A DNA stretch of 64,000 bases from Desulfatiglandales bacterium (GTDB lineage Bacteria; Desulfobacterota; DSM-4660; Desulfatiglandales; Desulfatiglandaceae). This document shows positions 1 to 10,106 of this stretch, one piece after another. Below the pieces are notes generated by a model. The model did no database searches and was not told the DNA's origin. It saw only the letters and a list, made by a program, of their open reading frames with translations. The position numbers and the translations under genes are program-made. Position 1 is the stretch's first letter; each line of letters begins with the position of its first letter. The stretch covers positions 7,872,001 to 7,936,000 of the forward strand of contig OY759599.1 of the NCBI GenBank assembly GCA_963662465.1. Reading direction: 5' to 3'.

Positions 1-1670
1 TGATAGAGGGTTGAGGTCAGTGTGTTGCACTCCCGGAAATAGAGATCCGTGTTTTGGGGTTCATTTTGTGTCATACGCGCCAGCATCCGTTTCCTGAACC
101 CGGGCAATACCTCGACCTTTTCGATACGGAATCGATTTTTCACAAGGTCAAACAGGTGGAAAGGGATGAAACTGAAATCTTTTCCCGGCGCAATGTTTCC
201 CCCCAGGGCGCCTGTGATTCGGGTTTCCGATTGAAATGAAGCATTGAGATTTCGCATGAGTTCAGTGGCACAGTTATGGGTGATCAGGTGATATGGGTAA
301 CAGTGCTTCAGCTTGTTATCATAGATATCTCGATTTAAACGGGCGCCGTTCAGGGACGTGTTGAGGGTCTGTTGGGAAACAGTGGGGGCGGCCAGGGGCG
401 CCATCCCTGAACGGGACGGTATCAGTCGACCGTAGGCTACCCGAATGGCGTTGCCGGTTTTGCATCCCTTTTCCAATTCGGCAAAACGACCGGCACTTTC
501 CTCCAATCCGTTATAGGTCCTTTCCTCCACAACTTTCCCGGCAAAGGTGTTCCGGCGGATGTTCCAGTAGGTGCGCCATGCACGATCGGCCAGTCGGGCC
601 GTTACCGTGGGGTCTCCCTGTACTGTTTTCGCGGATACGGATTTAGCGGCTTCGGGAAAGGGGTCCAGCAGAAGCAGCCGGTTGCGTTTAAGGGACCCCA
701 TGACCGCCTGATAACGGGCAGCAGCCAATAGCAGGGGGTATCCCCAGTCGGGCCTGTTGGAGGAGACCAGGTGGATGACGGATGCCTTCAGCGTTTCGGC
801 ATAGGCGGAAAGCTTGTTCCGTTCATTTTGGGTCAATCCTTTCGGGTCCCCGGGGCGGCGGAAATGGTCCATGTCCATCAATTCAACTTTCCGGATGGGG
901 ATGCCCCGGTTTAATACGGAAAGGGCTGCTCTTTTGAGTCGGTTTTCAACATATTTTTTGGAGAGGGACGATACCGGTGTGGGATAGGCGTCATTGGTGA
1001 TTTTGAGATTGTCTATGTTGGGGGCGGTGATCGGTATGTTTGCCAGGTCCCGGTCCAGGGTTTTGATGGCGGATATCAGATAGTCCTCTCCATAGGCGTC
1101 GATAACCCGGTTTCGAAGCTGAATACTGATTTCATCGGGTGGTTCTTGAAAGGCAAATAGACCTGCGCCGATAATGGGCATTTGCCGGCGGCCATGGCTC
1201 AGATCATCTAAAAGCCGGGTGTCGGCGGTTAGTTTTGCCAGGCGGGCCATGTGGGCCTCCTGAATCAGATAGTGTCGGTCCAGGTGTTCTCGAATGGTCA
1301 GGATGTCGTGGGCCTTTACCTGAAGATGCGCCAGGTAAAGGGTTCGGTTTTCCAGATCATTATAGATGTACCTGAAATGGGGCCATCGCTCTCGAACCAG
1401 TTTGAAAAGCCCGTCGGGGAAATATTGAAAATGATAAATGGTATTGTTGATGCGCAGAGCGCTGTGCCCGCCACTGGAGCCGCCTACGTTGGCGTCGATA
1501 TAGATAAATTGAAAGGGTGGGGGCGTAGATGATGCCGGGCCCGCTTCGGCCGGAATGAGCCGAAGGAGCCACATCTGTTCCACGAGGATGATCCCGATAA
1601 AAAACGCAACAAAAGCGAATTTACGGGAATCCGGGCATCTTGCTGGTTTGTGATCCCTGTTGTATCTCAA
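1..1670 (-). CDS. Conserved hypothetical exported/membrane-anchored protein, 3'-partial (runs off the window start)
   Basis: Absent from the ORF track, consistent with no stop in the window. Manual translation from TTG at 1670 gives an N-terminal hydrophobic stretch, FQFIYIDANVGGSSGGHSALRI and later YHLITHNCATEL; frame agrees at both ends. Confidence 0.7.
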   Translation of the reverse strand, partial: MRYNRDHKPARCPDSRKFAFVAFFIGIILVEQMWLLRLIPAEAGPASSTPPPFQFIYIDANVGGSSGGHSALRINNTIYHFQYFPDGLFKLVRERWPHFRYIYNDLENRTLYLAHLQVKAHDILTIREHLDRHYLIQEAHMARLAKLTADTRLLDDLSHGRRQMPIIGAGLFAFQEPPDEISIQLRNRVIDAYGEDYLISAIKTLDRDLANIPITAPNIDNLKITNDAYPTPVSSLSKKYVENRLKRAALSVLNRGIPIRKVELMDMDHFRRPGDPKGLTQNERNKLSAYAETLKASVIHLVSSNRPDWGYPLLLAAARYQAVMGSLKRNRLLLLDPFPEAAKSVSAKTVQGDPTVTARLADRAWRTYWNIRRNTFAGKVVEERTYNGLEESAGRFAELEKGCKTGNAIRVAYGRLIPSRSGMAPLAAPTVSQQTLNTSLNGARLNRDIYDNKLKHCYPYHLITHNCATELMRNLNASFQSETRITGALGGNIAPGKDFSFIPFHLFDLVKNRFRIEKVEVLPGFRKRMLARMTQNEPQNTDLYFRECNTLTSTLY

Positions 1671-1683
1671 AAGCCTGTGTGAA

Positions 1684-2118
1684 TCAGGGTTGGTAGCTCT
1701 CAAGAATCAGGACAAGGGCATTTTTCTCTTTTGCGGCCAGTTCCGGGATGAAATAAACGTTCTTGACCCCTTCCCGTGTGATGCCGGCCCGTCTGAGACC
1801 CGTGCCGATGGCATTATAGGTGTCGGTGTTCCGCTCCCAATCGGTGATGCCATGTCGCTTCGCGATGCTGCCCAGCTCACTCATATAATCGTCGGCATTG
1901 CCGCCCTTTGCTGCGCTGGTGGTATAGGTACTCACATCGCTCATATAGGTGGTTCTTGCATCTTTCTGATCCGTGTCCGATGCGCTGGATGAGGTGGAAG
2001 AGTTGGAACTGGATTTACTCGAATCGCTGGATGTGCCGCTGGAGTAGGAAAATGAACACCCGGCCAGCAGGGCCAGAATTCCCATAAAGACGATTGCATT
2101 TTTTAACATCTGGACCAT
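1684..2118 (-). CDS. Putative lipoprotein with Ser-rich linker
   Basis: Lipobox LLAGC after a hydrophobic signal; AGGAG RBS upstream of ATG 2118; poly-Ser tract. Confidence 0.8.
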   Translation of the reverse strand: MVQMLKNAIVFMGILALLAGCSFSYSSGTSSDSSKSSSNSSTSSSASDTDQKDARTTYMSDVSTYTTSAAKGGNADDYMSELGSIAKRHGITDWERNTDTYNAIGTGLRRAGITREGVKNVYFIPELAAKEKNALVLILESYQP

Positions 2119-2222
2119 ACCAAAACTCCTTTCCGAAAACGGGTTGACAGCCATTTTTCATGGCTCAAATTCTTACAGAAAAAGGGGGTGGATGTCAACT
2201 GATGATGCGCCGGTTATCAAAA

Positions 2223-3827
2223 TTACGCCCAGGGGAAAAGGAAGGCAAACGCCGCTATGATTTCAGCTTCGGAAAGGTTCTTCTCCGCCGCCTGTTTTGA
2301 AAGGCGGTGACGGGTAAGAAACAATTGTTTTCGGTCGGCTGAGGAAAGGTCATCATGGAGCATTTTGAGGTTATCGTTTCGATACATGGGGCAGGAGTGG
2401 TCGAGGGCCGAAGAAACGGTTCTGATGTGTCCCATGACCTCCGTTGATTTCATGGTAGGGTGTTCCCACCTGTCCATATAGCCGATCAACTTAAACTTCC
2501 GCCGCATTTCAGGTTCGTAAATGGGACTCAAGGGCGCGAGACTAAAAGGGAAAAGCGCCCATGAGAGGGTTCCCGGAAGATCCGGAAATTCAATGCGTCT
2601 CATGAAATCCAGGGTTTTTTGAACCGTTTCAGCTGTTTCTCCCGGGAAACCGAACAGAAAATAACACGATGTATCAATCCCTGCGGCAAGGAGTTTTTCC
2701 ACCACCCCGGCGTACAGGGTGGGATCGGCTTTCTTGTTCATGTTCTTTAATATTTGCGGGTCGGCCGATTCCAGGCCCAGCAGTACTTCAATGCAGCCGG
2801 ATTGCTTCAGCAGTTCAAAATCAACGCCTTCCAGTGCGTTTGCCCGAACCATGGTCATCCATTTGACGGGAATGTTTTCGGCAATGATGCGACGGGAAAG
2901 GGTGTTGAGATTTCCCCTGCCATGTCTGAAATTGTCATCCGTGAAACGAACGAATCGGACCCCGTGCGTTGAAACCGCTTTCAGTTCATCTACCAGCCGG
3001 TCCAGGCTTTTGATGAACATAAGCCTGCGGTCTTTGGTAAAGTTGCAGAAAGCGCATTTGAAGGGACATCCCTTGCTGGTTTGCAAGGGGATCACCCCCG
3101 TGTTGAAGATTTTTTCGGGGAGTGATTCCCAGTCAATGGAAGTGTTCAGGTTATCGAAAATGTAATCTTTCTGTTCTGAAAAGGAATACCTTTTTCCGTC
3201 GAAACGGACGGTGTTGGGCAGGTCGTCCAGGGGACGCCGGCGCTGAATCCGTTGTAACGCCGCCAGCAAAATATCTTCGCCCTGAAGGCCGGTAATGTAA
3301 AAATCAACCCGGGGTTGTTCGTTTTCAAAAAAAAGGAAATCATCTTTGGCAAGATCCGTTTCATAATCCGCTTCCCGGGATCGTTCCAGCATCCGGTAGG
3401 ACAAATTTACATAGGGACCGCCCGCGATAATGAAGATATCCGGCGCTAGATTGCGGATATCCTCTACAACCTTTTTCAGAGTCTGTTTGTTGCGAATAAA
3501 GGTGGTGGAAATGACAATGGCTCGAGGGTTTTCCGAGAGCATTTCCTTGAACTTGTCCCTGTCTTTGAAATAGCGGTCGATCAGGTTAACCTTAAGGCCG
3601 CCCTTTTGCAGGTAGCTGAGCAGGTAGATGCCGTTCAGCCGGTATCCCGCGCCCCAGTTCATGACGCCGCTTCCTTCCACGGGGGGGAGAACACGCCCCT
3701 TGTGTTTCAGGTAGTTGGAGATTACCTGTATGGTGGCGACCTTGCCGTTCAGCCGCAACCGCTGATGGAGAATATCGGCGGAACCCGCATCGCCTGATTC
3801 CGCAATAATGATGGCATCGAGAGACAA
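2223..3827 (-). CDS. B12-binding-domain radical SAM protein
   Basis: CPFKCAFC (CxxxCxxC), IIAGGP, FTDDNF, GLESAD..ILKNMNK, FGFPGET motifs. Confidence 0.88.
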   Translation of the reverse strand: MSLDAIIIAESGDAGSADILHQRLRLNGKVATIQVISNYLKHKGRVLPPVEGSGVMNWGAGYRLNGIYLLSYLQKGGLKVNLIDRYFKDRDKFKEMLSENPRAIVISTTFIRNKQTLKKVVEDIRNLAPDIFIIAGGPYVNLSYRMLERSREADYETDLAKDDFLFFENEQPRVDFYITGLQGEDILLAALQRIQRRRPLDDLPNTVRFDGKRYSFSEQKDYIFDNLNTSIDWESLPEKIFNTGVIPLQTSKGCPFKCAFCNFTKDRRLMFIKSLDRLVDELKAVSTHGVRFVRFTDDNFRHGRGNLNTLSRRIIAENIPVKWMTMVRANALEGVDFELLKQSGCIEVLLGLESADPQILKNMNKKADPTLYAGVVEKLLAAGIDTSCYFLFGFPGETAETVQKTLDFMRRIEFPDLPGTLSWALFPFSLAPLSPIYEPEMRRKFKLIGYMDRWEHPTMKSTEVMGHIRTVSSALDHSCPMYRNDNLKMLHDDLSSADRKQLFLTRHRLSKQAAEKNLSEAEIIAAFAFLFPWA

Positions 3828-3919
3828 TTGGGGTCATTTCTCCTGTAAGTTTTGAGGTGTGCCTTTCAAGGTGTAAGCCTCTTTTCGGGTGGGTGCTTTT
3901 CGGCTCATGGCATCATCTC

Positions 3920-4537
3920 CTACAAGACCTTCTTTCCATCGGGAAAGGCTTTTTCCCTGCGTTTTTTGGGGTTGTCAAAGATCACGTCTTTCGCTCGGAA
4001 GGACTCGGAATCAAAGTTTCTCCCGCACCATTGCATCATGGCGTCGTACTCTTCATGTGCCGGATCATTGATGATTTCCATGAAATCATGATAACCATAA
4101 GCGCCGCCGCAATCTTCGGGGGGGCAGGCACGGGACCCTGACAGGCAGAGTGGATACGACACGTCTTTTTCTTTTAATAAAATCCCCTCAAAAAGTATTT
4201 CGTGTTCCCATTCGTCTCCGAAATCATACACATAATTGGCGGTTTTCCCGGGTTCCACAAAATAGTCGGCAATATCTTCCCCCCATCCCGGAAGCACTTT
4301 CGGTTCGCCTTCAAAATGATCATCCGAAGGTATCCCGATTTCAGTGGTTTTTTTGGCCATCGGTTTTTTGATTTGAAAAAGGTGCAGATGGCAGTCGAGC
4401 CAGCCCATGGCGTCCTGTATTGCCACATGCAGATCCCAGAAGGTATAGGTTGAAGGGACTTGAATTCTTCTCCAGATGGGAGGTTCGATTTCCTTGAGGT
4501 TCATTTTAAATTGAAAGACGAGATTTTTTTTCTTCAT
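3920..4537 (-). CDS. Plasmid pRiA4b ORF-3 family protein
   Basis: PPIWRRIQVP, LHVAIQDAMGWLDCHLHLF, YVYDFGDEWEH, RACPPEDCGG. Confidence 0.9.
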   Translation of the reverse strand: MKKKNLVFQFKMNLKEIEPPIWRRIQVPSTYTFWDLHVAIQDAMGWLDCHLHLFQIKKPMAKKTTEIGIPSDDHFEGEPKVLPGWGEDIADYFVEPGKTANYVYDFGDEWEHEILFEGILLKEKDVSYPLCLSGSRACPPEDCGGAYGYHDFMEIINDPAHEEYDAMMQWCGRNFDSESFRAKDVIFDNPKKRREKAFPDGKKVL

Positions 4538-4882
4538 GGTTCGTGTTCCTTTATTATTTATTGTCGGATTGGTTGAAAATATGGTTTACGTTCTTCTCCT
4601 GAGCATCCTGATACCTCAAAATTGTGTCACAGAACCCGATTAAAGTCCATAAGCAAAACGGCGAAAGATTTTCATTGATTGAAAATGCCGAGCGCCTTTG
4701 ATATACTAACGCTCATGTTTTACGGGCACTGTTGTTTATTCGAACTATCCCGATTATGTGGAAGGAGTTTGGGCCCGCTTTTTGGACAAGGATAACCGTC
4801 CAAACCAGCGTCCATCGCATTTTGAAGCGGTTGGGCCTTTGGACCTGGATCTGTAATTCCCGAACACTCGAGATAGGCTGAC

Positions 4883-5347
4883 ATGAAAAAAATAAGAAAT
4901 ACCATTACGATTCTGTTCCTGATTGCCGCGATCCTTTTCTGTTTTGCCGGGAATATCCATGGGGCCGATGAGGATGCTCAGGCGAAGGTGCAACCGCAAC
5001 CCGCGACCCCCGAAAATCCCCCGGTTCTAACCCTGCAAAAAGCGGTCATGTGCGAGGCCATGAAAGACTTGGAACCCAGGAATGAAGCGATCATATTCAG
5101 TGTGGCAATCGGCAAAGCAACCTGTTTTACCGCCTTCGACCCGGTGCCTGAAAAAACCGTTGTCCAGCATAACTGGTTCAAACGGGATCAGCCCGATGCC
5201 ATGGTGAAGTTGACCCTCAAACCGCCCAAGTGGTCCAGTTTCAGCGAAATGACGATACACAATGGGGATGTGGGTCCTTGGCGGGTGGAAATTACGGATG
5301 TTGACGGTAAAATTTTTAAAACCCTGCGGTTCAGCGTAACGGAGTAA
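4883..5347 (+). CDS. DUF2914-like exported protein
   Basis: Signal peptide; CFT..F, HNW, W.SFS, GPWRVEITDVDG pattern. Confidence 0.7.
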   Translation: MKKIRNTITILFLIAAILFCFAGNIHGADEDAQAKVQPQPATPENPPVLTLQKAVMCEAMKDLEPRNEAIIFSVAIGKATCFTAFDPVPEKTVVQHNWFKRDQPDAMVKLTLKPPKWSSFSEMTIHNGDVGPWRVEITDVDGKIFKTLRFSVTE

Positions 5348-5349
5348 CT

Positions 5350-6789
5350 TTGGTGTTACAGAAAATTCTGATTTTTGTATCCAGCATTCGATGGCAGGAT
5401 ATTATCGATATTGGGCTTAACAGTTATATCCTGTTTCGCCTTTATGCGCTTTTTCGGGGAACGGATGCTTTCAGGGTGCTGATCGGCATTGCGTGCCTCT
5501 GGATACTGCAACGAATGGCCATATCCCTGGGGCTCATCCTGACCAGCTGGATGATGGAGGGGATTATCGCCGTTGCCGCGCTGATTGTTATTGTTGTTTT
5601 CAGGAACGAAATCAGATCCGTTTTCCGGGCAAGAAATATCTGGACGATCCTCTGGGGCCTGCACCAAAAGCCCATGAAAACCCCCGTGGAGATCATCACG
5701 GAAAGTGTTTTCAACCTGGCGAAAAAGCGTATCGGCGCCCTCATGGTGTTGCCCGGAAAGGAGGACCTGGAGGAGGTTGTTCAGCGGGGAATTCCATGGG
5801 ACGGCAAAGTTTCGGCGGAGATGATCGGCAGCATTTTTTGGCCCAATAACCCGGTCCATGATGGGGCAGCCATCATTTCGGGAAACCGCGTTGTGGAGGT
5901 CGGGGTGATTCTTCCCCTTTCCAATCGAAAAGACTTTCCCAGCGCTTACGGAACACGTCACAGGGCCGCGGCGGGATTGTCGGAAATAACGGACGCCATG
6001 GTGATTGTGGTATCCGAGGAAAGAGGCGCCGTTACCATCACCCGAGGCAATGATTTGATCAATATTAACGGCAGGGCGCAACTTGTGGCGGCCCTCAGGG
6101 AGCATCTGGGAATCCGGGAAAACCAGAGTCGGTTTTTGAAGAGACGGAAAATTGAGCTGAGGATCGCAGCCATTGTCTCCCTTTTTATTGTTTCCACCGT
6201 TTGGTTCAGTATCAGCAGGGGGCTCGATGCCATTAAGACCTTTGACATTCCCGTGGAGTATGCCAATCGGAACCCTGATATGGAACTGTTGAACACGTCG
6301 GCCACTTCCGTTCGTCTTTTTCTCCGAGGATCAAGGGCGCTTTTGAAATCCATCCGACCCGAGCAGATCCGGGTGAAGATGGATCTGGGCAAGGCCGTGG
6401 CCGGCACCAACACCTTTTCTATTACCAACGACAATTTGTCGATTCCCCCCGGCCTTTCCTTAAAGGAGGTTAGACCCATGGTGGTGGATGTAAACCTGGA
6501 TACGCGCACCCAAAAAACGTTCCCCATACAGGCGGATTGGGTGGGGAAACTCCCCTCGGACCTGAATCTTGTCGGCGCCAAACTCACCCCTCCGGAAATC
6601 CAACTCAGCGGACCCAAGACAATCCTCGATGGCATGTCGACCCTGTATACCGAAAATATTCCGTTGAATGACATTAAGGGTTCAGGGAAAACGAGCGTTA
6701 AAGTGATTATTCCGTCCGCCTTCCTGAAAACGGGGTCCGGTTCCAAAGACAAGGTTGACGTGGAATATGAGGCAAAGAAACGTGATTAG
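5350..6789 (+). CDS. cdaA: Diadenylate cyclase (CdaA/DacA) fused to YbbR (CdaR-like) domains
   Basis: Three N-terminal TM helices, HDGA and GTRHRAA DAC motifs, VVSEERG, then a TM helix and YbbR-like beta repeats. Confidence 0.88.
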   Translation: MVLQKILIFVSSIRWQDIIDIGLNSYILFRLYALFRGTDAFRVLIGIACLWILQRMAISLGLILTSWMMEGIIAVAALIVIVVFRNEIRSVFRARNIWTILWGLHQKPMKTPVEIITESVFNLAKKRIGALMVLPGKEDLEEVVQRGIPWDGKVSAEMIGSIFWPNNPVHDGAAIISGNRVVEVGVILPLSNRKDFPSAYGTRHRAAAGLSEITDAMVIVVSEERGAVTITRGNDLININGRAQLVAALREHLGIRENQSRFLKRRKIELRIAAIVSLFIVSTVWFSISRGLDAIKTFDIPVEYANRNPDMELLNTSATSVRLFLRGSRALLKSIRPEQIRVKMDLGKAVAGTNTFSITNDNLSIPPGLSLKEVRPMVVDVNLDTRTQKTFPIQADWVGKLPSDLNLVGAKLTPPEIQLSGPKTILDGMSTLYTENIPLNDIKGSGKTSVKVIIPSAFLKTGSGSKDKVDVEYEAKKRD

Positions 6790-6820
6790 GGGACCCTTAC
6801 GCATGGACCTGTTAAAGAAC

Positions 6821-7403
6821 TCATCTCCCTCCCTTTGATTCGGGGGGCATTTTGACAACCGCATACCCCTCTTTTTCAAGGCTTCTCGCCAAGGCCTGAA
6901 CCAGCAACGGTTCAAGGAAACGGATCCATTCCTCAGCCACGACCATACTCTCTTTTGCAACCTGAGGTCTGAGTGCCGCCGCTTTTTGTCCCAGGGGACT
7001 TTCATAAAATTGGATCAGAGACTGGATTTCGGCATGGGTATAGTGCTTGTCGTAAAGGGGAACAACCCTGTCCATAAGTCCCCTCCGCCGAGATTTGTCG
7101 CTTTACCAGGGAGAGGGTACTGCCCTTCAGGATGGCAAAGACCGTTTCGGAAATGACTTCGCTGTTTTGCGCTGTCGCTTTCTTGAGAATTGGAAAAAGA
7201 CGTTCGAGCGTGCTGTCGGCCGCCAGCAGCACCACTTCCTCCAGTTTGATCAAATCAATCAATTTTTTGATATCACCTATTTTTGATGGATTGATGGGTT
7301 TGATTTCCGCGGGTTTGACTTCCGCATTTGCCGGAGTTGCAGCCAAAAAGAGGCAGATTATTATGCAGCAGATGGCACAAACAGTAAGGCGATTTTTCTT
7401 CAT
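6821..7403 (-). pseudogene. DUF2059-like exported protein split by a frameshift near 7080
   Basis: ORF 7002-7415 has the signal peptide; ORF 6821-7075 has YDKHYTHAEIQSLIQFYESPLGQK; the junction lies in a G run (could be a sequencing error). Confidence 0.7.
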
Positions 7404-7498
7404 GGCAATATACACCTTTCATGAAATATGTTACAATTATCTAATGGTCAAGAATGTTTATCGCATTTGAAGCGATTAATCAATTTTAAAACAAGTAA

Positions 7499-8644
7499 AT
7501 GCTTAAACGACGGTTCCCCATCCAATTTTTCGGCGCTGCTTTATTGGTATGCCTCATGCTGTTGGGTTCAGGATGCCGGCTTTCCTACCTGTTTCACGTC
7601 GCCAAGGGACAAATACAATTGTTGAACGGGGCCATGCCCATATCCGAGGCGCTAAATTCGCAATCCTTTACGCCGGCGCAACGGAAGAACCTCGTGCTTG
7701 TGGCGCAAATCAAGGCATTCGGGGAACAGGCACTGGGGTTAAGGAAAACCACCAATTATGAGACCGTTTACCCCCATTCGGACCAAAATCCCATTTACAT
7801 CGTTTCCGCTTCCGCCAAGGATCATTTTTCGCAAAAAACATGGTGGTTTCCCATTGTGGGGAACATGCCCTATCTGGGGTTTTTTGATTTGGAAAAGGCC
7901 AAAAACGAACGAAAGCTTCTTTTGGGTGAAGATCTGGATGTGTTTGTGGGGAAAGCCGGCGCTTACAGTACACTGGGGTGGTTCCAGGACCCCGTCCCCA
8001 TGAATCTCATCGAGGGGAGTACGCTCCAACTGGTGGAGACCCTGTTTCATGAGATGACCCATGCGACCCTTTACGTCAATGGTCAGGGCGCCTTTAACGA
8101 AGGGCTGGCGGTCCTGGTGGGCAAGGTGGGGGCTTTTCAATTTTTCGAAAAGTTTTTTGGGCTTGACCATCCTTTTACACTTCAGGCTCGGAATGCGTTG
8201 GCCGATGAGCGTCTCTTTTCCCGATTTTTGAACGCTCTGATGCTTGAACTGGAAAGGCTCTACGAACTTGATATGGACTATGGGGAAAAACTGGTGCAAA
8301 GGGAACAGGTTTTTACGGGTTACCGCAATAGATTCCAGGTACTGAAAGCGGAGCTCAAGACTCCCCAATTTGTTCATTTCGGGGAGGCGCCGTTAAACAA
8401 TGCCTACCTGCTGACCGTGGCGTTATACCACCGGCATTTTGAACTCTTTGAGGCGGCCTTGAAGAAAGAGAACGGCTCCATCAGAGAGATGATGCTCTTT
8501 TTTGAGAAATTTTCTCAAAAGGATGGCGATTTTATTGAACGGTTGCGGAACGTGGTTCATGCAGGGCAAATTTGTTCTATTTGTAAACCTTTGATATCAA
8601 AACCTTATGAAGGACACATCAATTCAAACAAATCAATGGATTAG
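7499..8644 (+). CDS. Putative zinc aminopeptidase lipoprotein (DUF2265-like)
   Basis: Lipobox LGSGC, WWFPIVG.MPY.GFF, AYSTLGWF.DP, HEMTH..LY, FNE. Confidence 0.85.
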   Translation: MLKRRFPIQFFGAALLVCLMLLGSGCRLSYLFHVAKGQIQLLNGAMPISEALNSQSFTPAQRKNLVLVAQIKAFGEQALGLRKTTNYETVYPHSDQNPIYIVSASAKDHFSQKTWWFPIVGNMPYLGFFDLEKAKNERKLLLGEDLDVFVGKAGAYSTLGWFQDPVPMNLIEGSTLQLVETLFHEMTHATLYVNGQGAFNEGLAVLVGKVGAFQFFEKFFGLDHPFTLQARNALADERLFSRFLNALMLELERLYELDMDYGEKLVQREQVFTGYRNRFQVLKAELKTPQFVHFGEAPLNNAYLLTVALYHRHFELFEAALKKENGSIREMMLFFEKFSQKDGDFIERLRNVVHAGQICSICKPLISKPYEGHINSNKSMD

Positions 8645-8736
8645 CGTTAGAACAAATTCACCGTGGTGGTTCATGGTGCACCGCTTGACAATCCGGCATC
8701 AATATGTACAATAATCTGTACAGGAGGATGAAAAAT

Positions 8737-8845
8737 ATGGAAGCCATTACCTATACGGCGGCAAGGCAAAATCTTGCGAAAACAATGGAAAAAGTTTGCA
8801 AGGACCGTGCGCCGATGATTGTAACGCGAAAATCATCGAATTCCG
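8737..8845 (+). pseudogene. YefM/Phd antitoxin N-terminal fragment
   Basis: MEAITYTAARQNLAKTMEKVCKDRAPMIVTR, then the sequence switches abruptly; TTGACA..TACAAT promoter upstream. Confidence 0.75.
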
Positions 8846-8955
8846 TGTCGGTTTTGCCATCGGCCATGCAGCCGGGAAGTTCAGGGACTTCCTCTAAATA
8901 TACATTGTCCTCAGAACTCCAGAAAATGATTATTTCATACCTCTTATCCATCATT
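8845..8955 (-). pseudogene. HicB-family antitoxin fragment
   Basis: MDKRYEIIIFWSSEDNVYLEEVPELPGCMADGKT, fused tail-to-tail with the yefM fragment. Confidence 0.75.
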
Positions 8956-9007
8956 CCAAGAGCCCTCCAATGATTCCTGTTCCATCCGCGCGTTCGTCTG
9001 CCGGCGC

Positions 9008-9301
9008 CTATTCTGTATGTAGAGCATCGAGAACAGCGTTGGGATTCCTTGATGCAATGCGCAACAGCGCTTTGGCTGGACCTTCCGGTTTTCTTCTGCC
9101 TTGCTCCCAATTCTGCAAGGTGCGAACACTGACGCCTATCATAAGCGCAAATTCATTTTGTGACACATTGAGCCTCTCTCGTACGGACTTGATTTCAGGA
9201 GGCTTGATTTCATACATTCGGCTTGGCGCCCTGCGCCCCGCCTTGATCTCGCCGGCTTCTTGAATGCTGGCGACCAACTTTTCAAAATGCTCTTTTTTCA
9301 T
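9008..9301 (-). CDS. HigA-like HTH (Xre) antitoxin
   Basis: MKKEHFEKLVASIQEAG...SQNEFALMIGVSVRTLQNWEQGRRKPEGPAKALL; start overlaps the toxin stop. Confidence 0.88.
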   Translation of the reverse strand: MKKEHFEKLVASIQEAGEIKAGRRAPSRMYEIKPPEIKSVRERLNVSQNEFALMIGVSVRTLQNWEQGRRKPEGPAKALLRIASRNPNAVLDALHTE

Positions 9302-9612
9302 GATAACAATTCCTTGACCATTCCACGGAGCAGTTTGATCTGATCCATCGTAAGTTCTTCTTGCTCGTTCTTTCGATATGGAAAAAGCATGTATATGATG
9401 TCCGGAGCGTCCCAATAGTAGATTATCCTCAAAGACCCTCGCTTTCCAGAACCTGGAAGATTCCAACGTACCTTCCGCAAACCTGCTCCACCACGTATCA
9501 AGTTTCCGGCATCCGGACGCAGCATCAATGCTGATTGAAGCATTCGATAGCTGTCATCCGGAACCAGCCGTTGGATTTCTTTTATAAAGGTGGAGGTTTC
9601 AATGAAGATCAT
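9298..9612 (-). CDS. RelE/HigB-family toxin
   Basis: FIETSTF...PDAGNLIRGGAGLRKVRW...GKRGSLRIIYY; upstream of the HTH antitoxin. Confidence 0.88.
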   Translation of the reverse strand: MIFIETSTFIKEIQRLVPDDSYRMLQSALMLRPDAGNLIRGGAGLRKVRWNLPGSGKRGSLRIIYYWDAPDIIYMLFPYRKNEQEELTMDQIKLLRGMVKELLS

Positions 9613-9694
9613 AACTTATGTTATACGTCAACGGCGGACAATATTTCAAGCAGCGCTTTTTAGCAGCGAACGACAAGGGTAATTTGCGCCCGTT

Positions 9695-10027
9695 TTAGAA
9701 GACCATTGGGACAAACCCATCCTTGATAAAATCGGAGATGATGGTTCCCACAAAGTCAACCTTCACCCCCAAGGCTTCGGTTTTTTCGGTGGCGCCGTCG
9801 CGGTCGGAGATGAACTTGCAGGCGATGGGTTGCTCTTTGGCGCCGATTTCCCCGGCCAGTTTCCCGACTTGCTCGTCTTCCACCAGCAAACGTTGGGCCG
9901 GACCGAAAAAAATGACTTTCACCTGGTCCATCCACCCCTGTTCGAGGGTTTTGTGGGCGTACATCAACCCGGTTAACGCCTTTTCCTTATCCGAAGTGGC
10001 AATCACGACCAACAGCTTTGAACTCAT
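9695..10027 (-). CDS. DsrE/DsrF-like protein
   Basis: GWMDQVKVIFFGP, PIAC motif, 110 aa, good RBS. Confidence 0.7.
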   Translation of the reverse strand: MSSKLLVVIATSDKEKALTGLMYAHKTLEQGWMDQVKVIFFGPAQRLLVEDEQVGKLAGEIGAKEQPIACKFISDRDGATEKTEALGVKVDFVGTIISDFIKDGFVPMVF

Positions 10028-10049
10028 GGTAATCCTCCCTGTCTTTGAC

Positions 10050-10104
10050 TTAAAACTTAAAACCTAAAACTTAAAACCATCCCTGAACGAGGTTTTCGTT
10101 CAGG
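10050..10104. repeat. Heptamer tandem repeat (TTAAAAC)x4 next to a 9-bp stem hairpin
   Basis: ttaaaac ttaaaac ctaaaac ttaaaac at 10050-10077; CCTGAACGA/TCGTTCAGG at 10082-10104. Confidence 0.8.
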
Positions 10105-10106
10105 CC

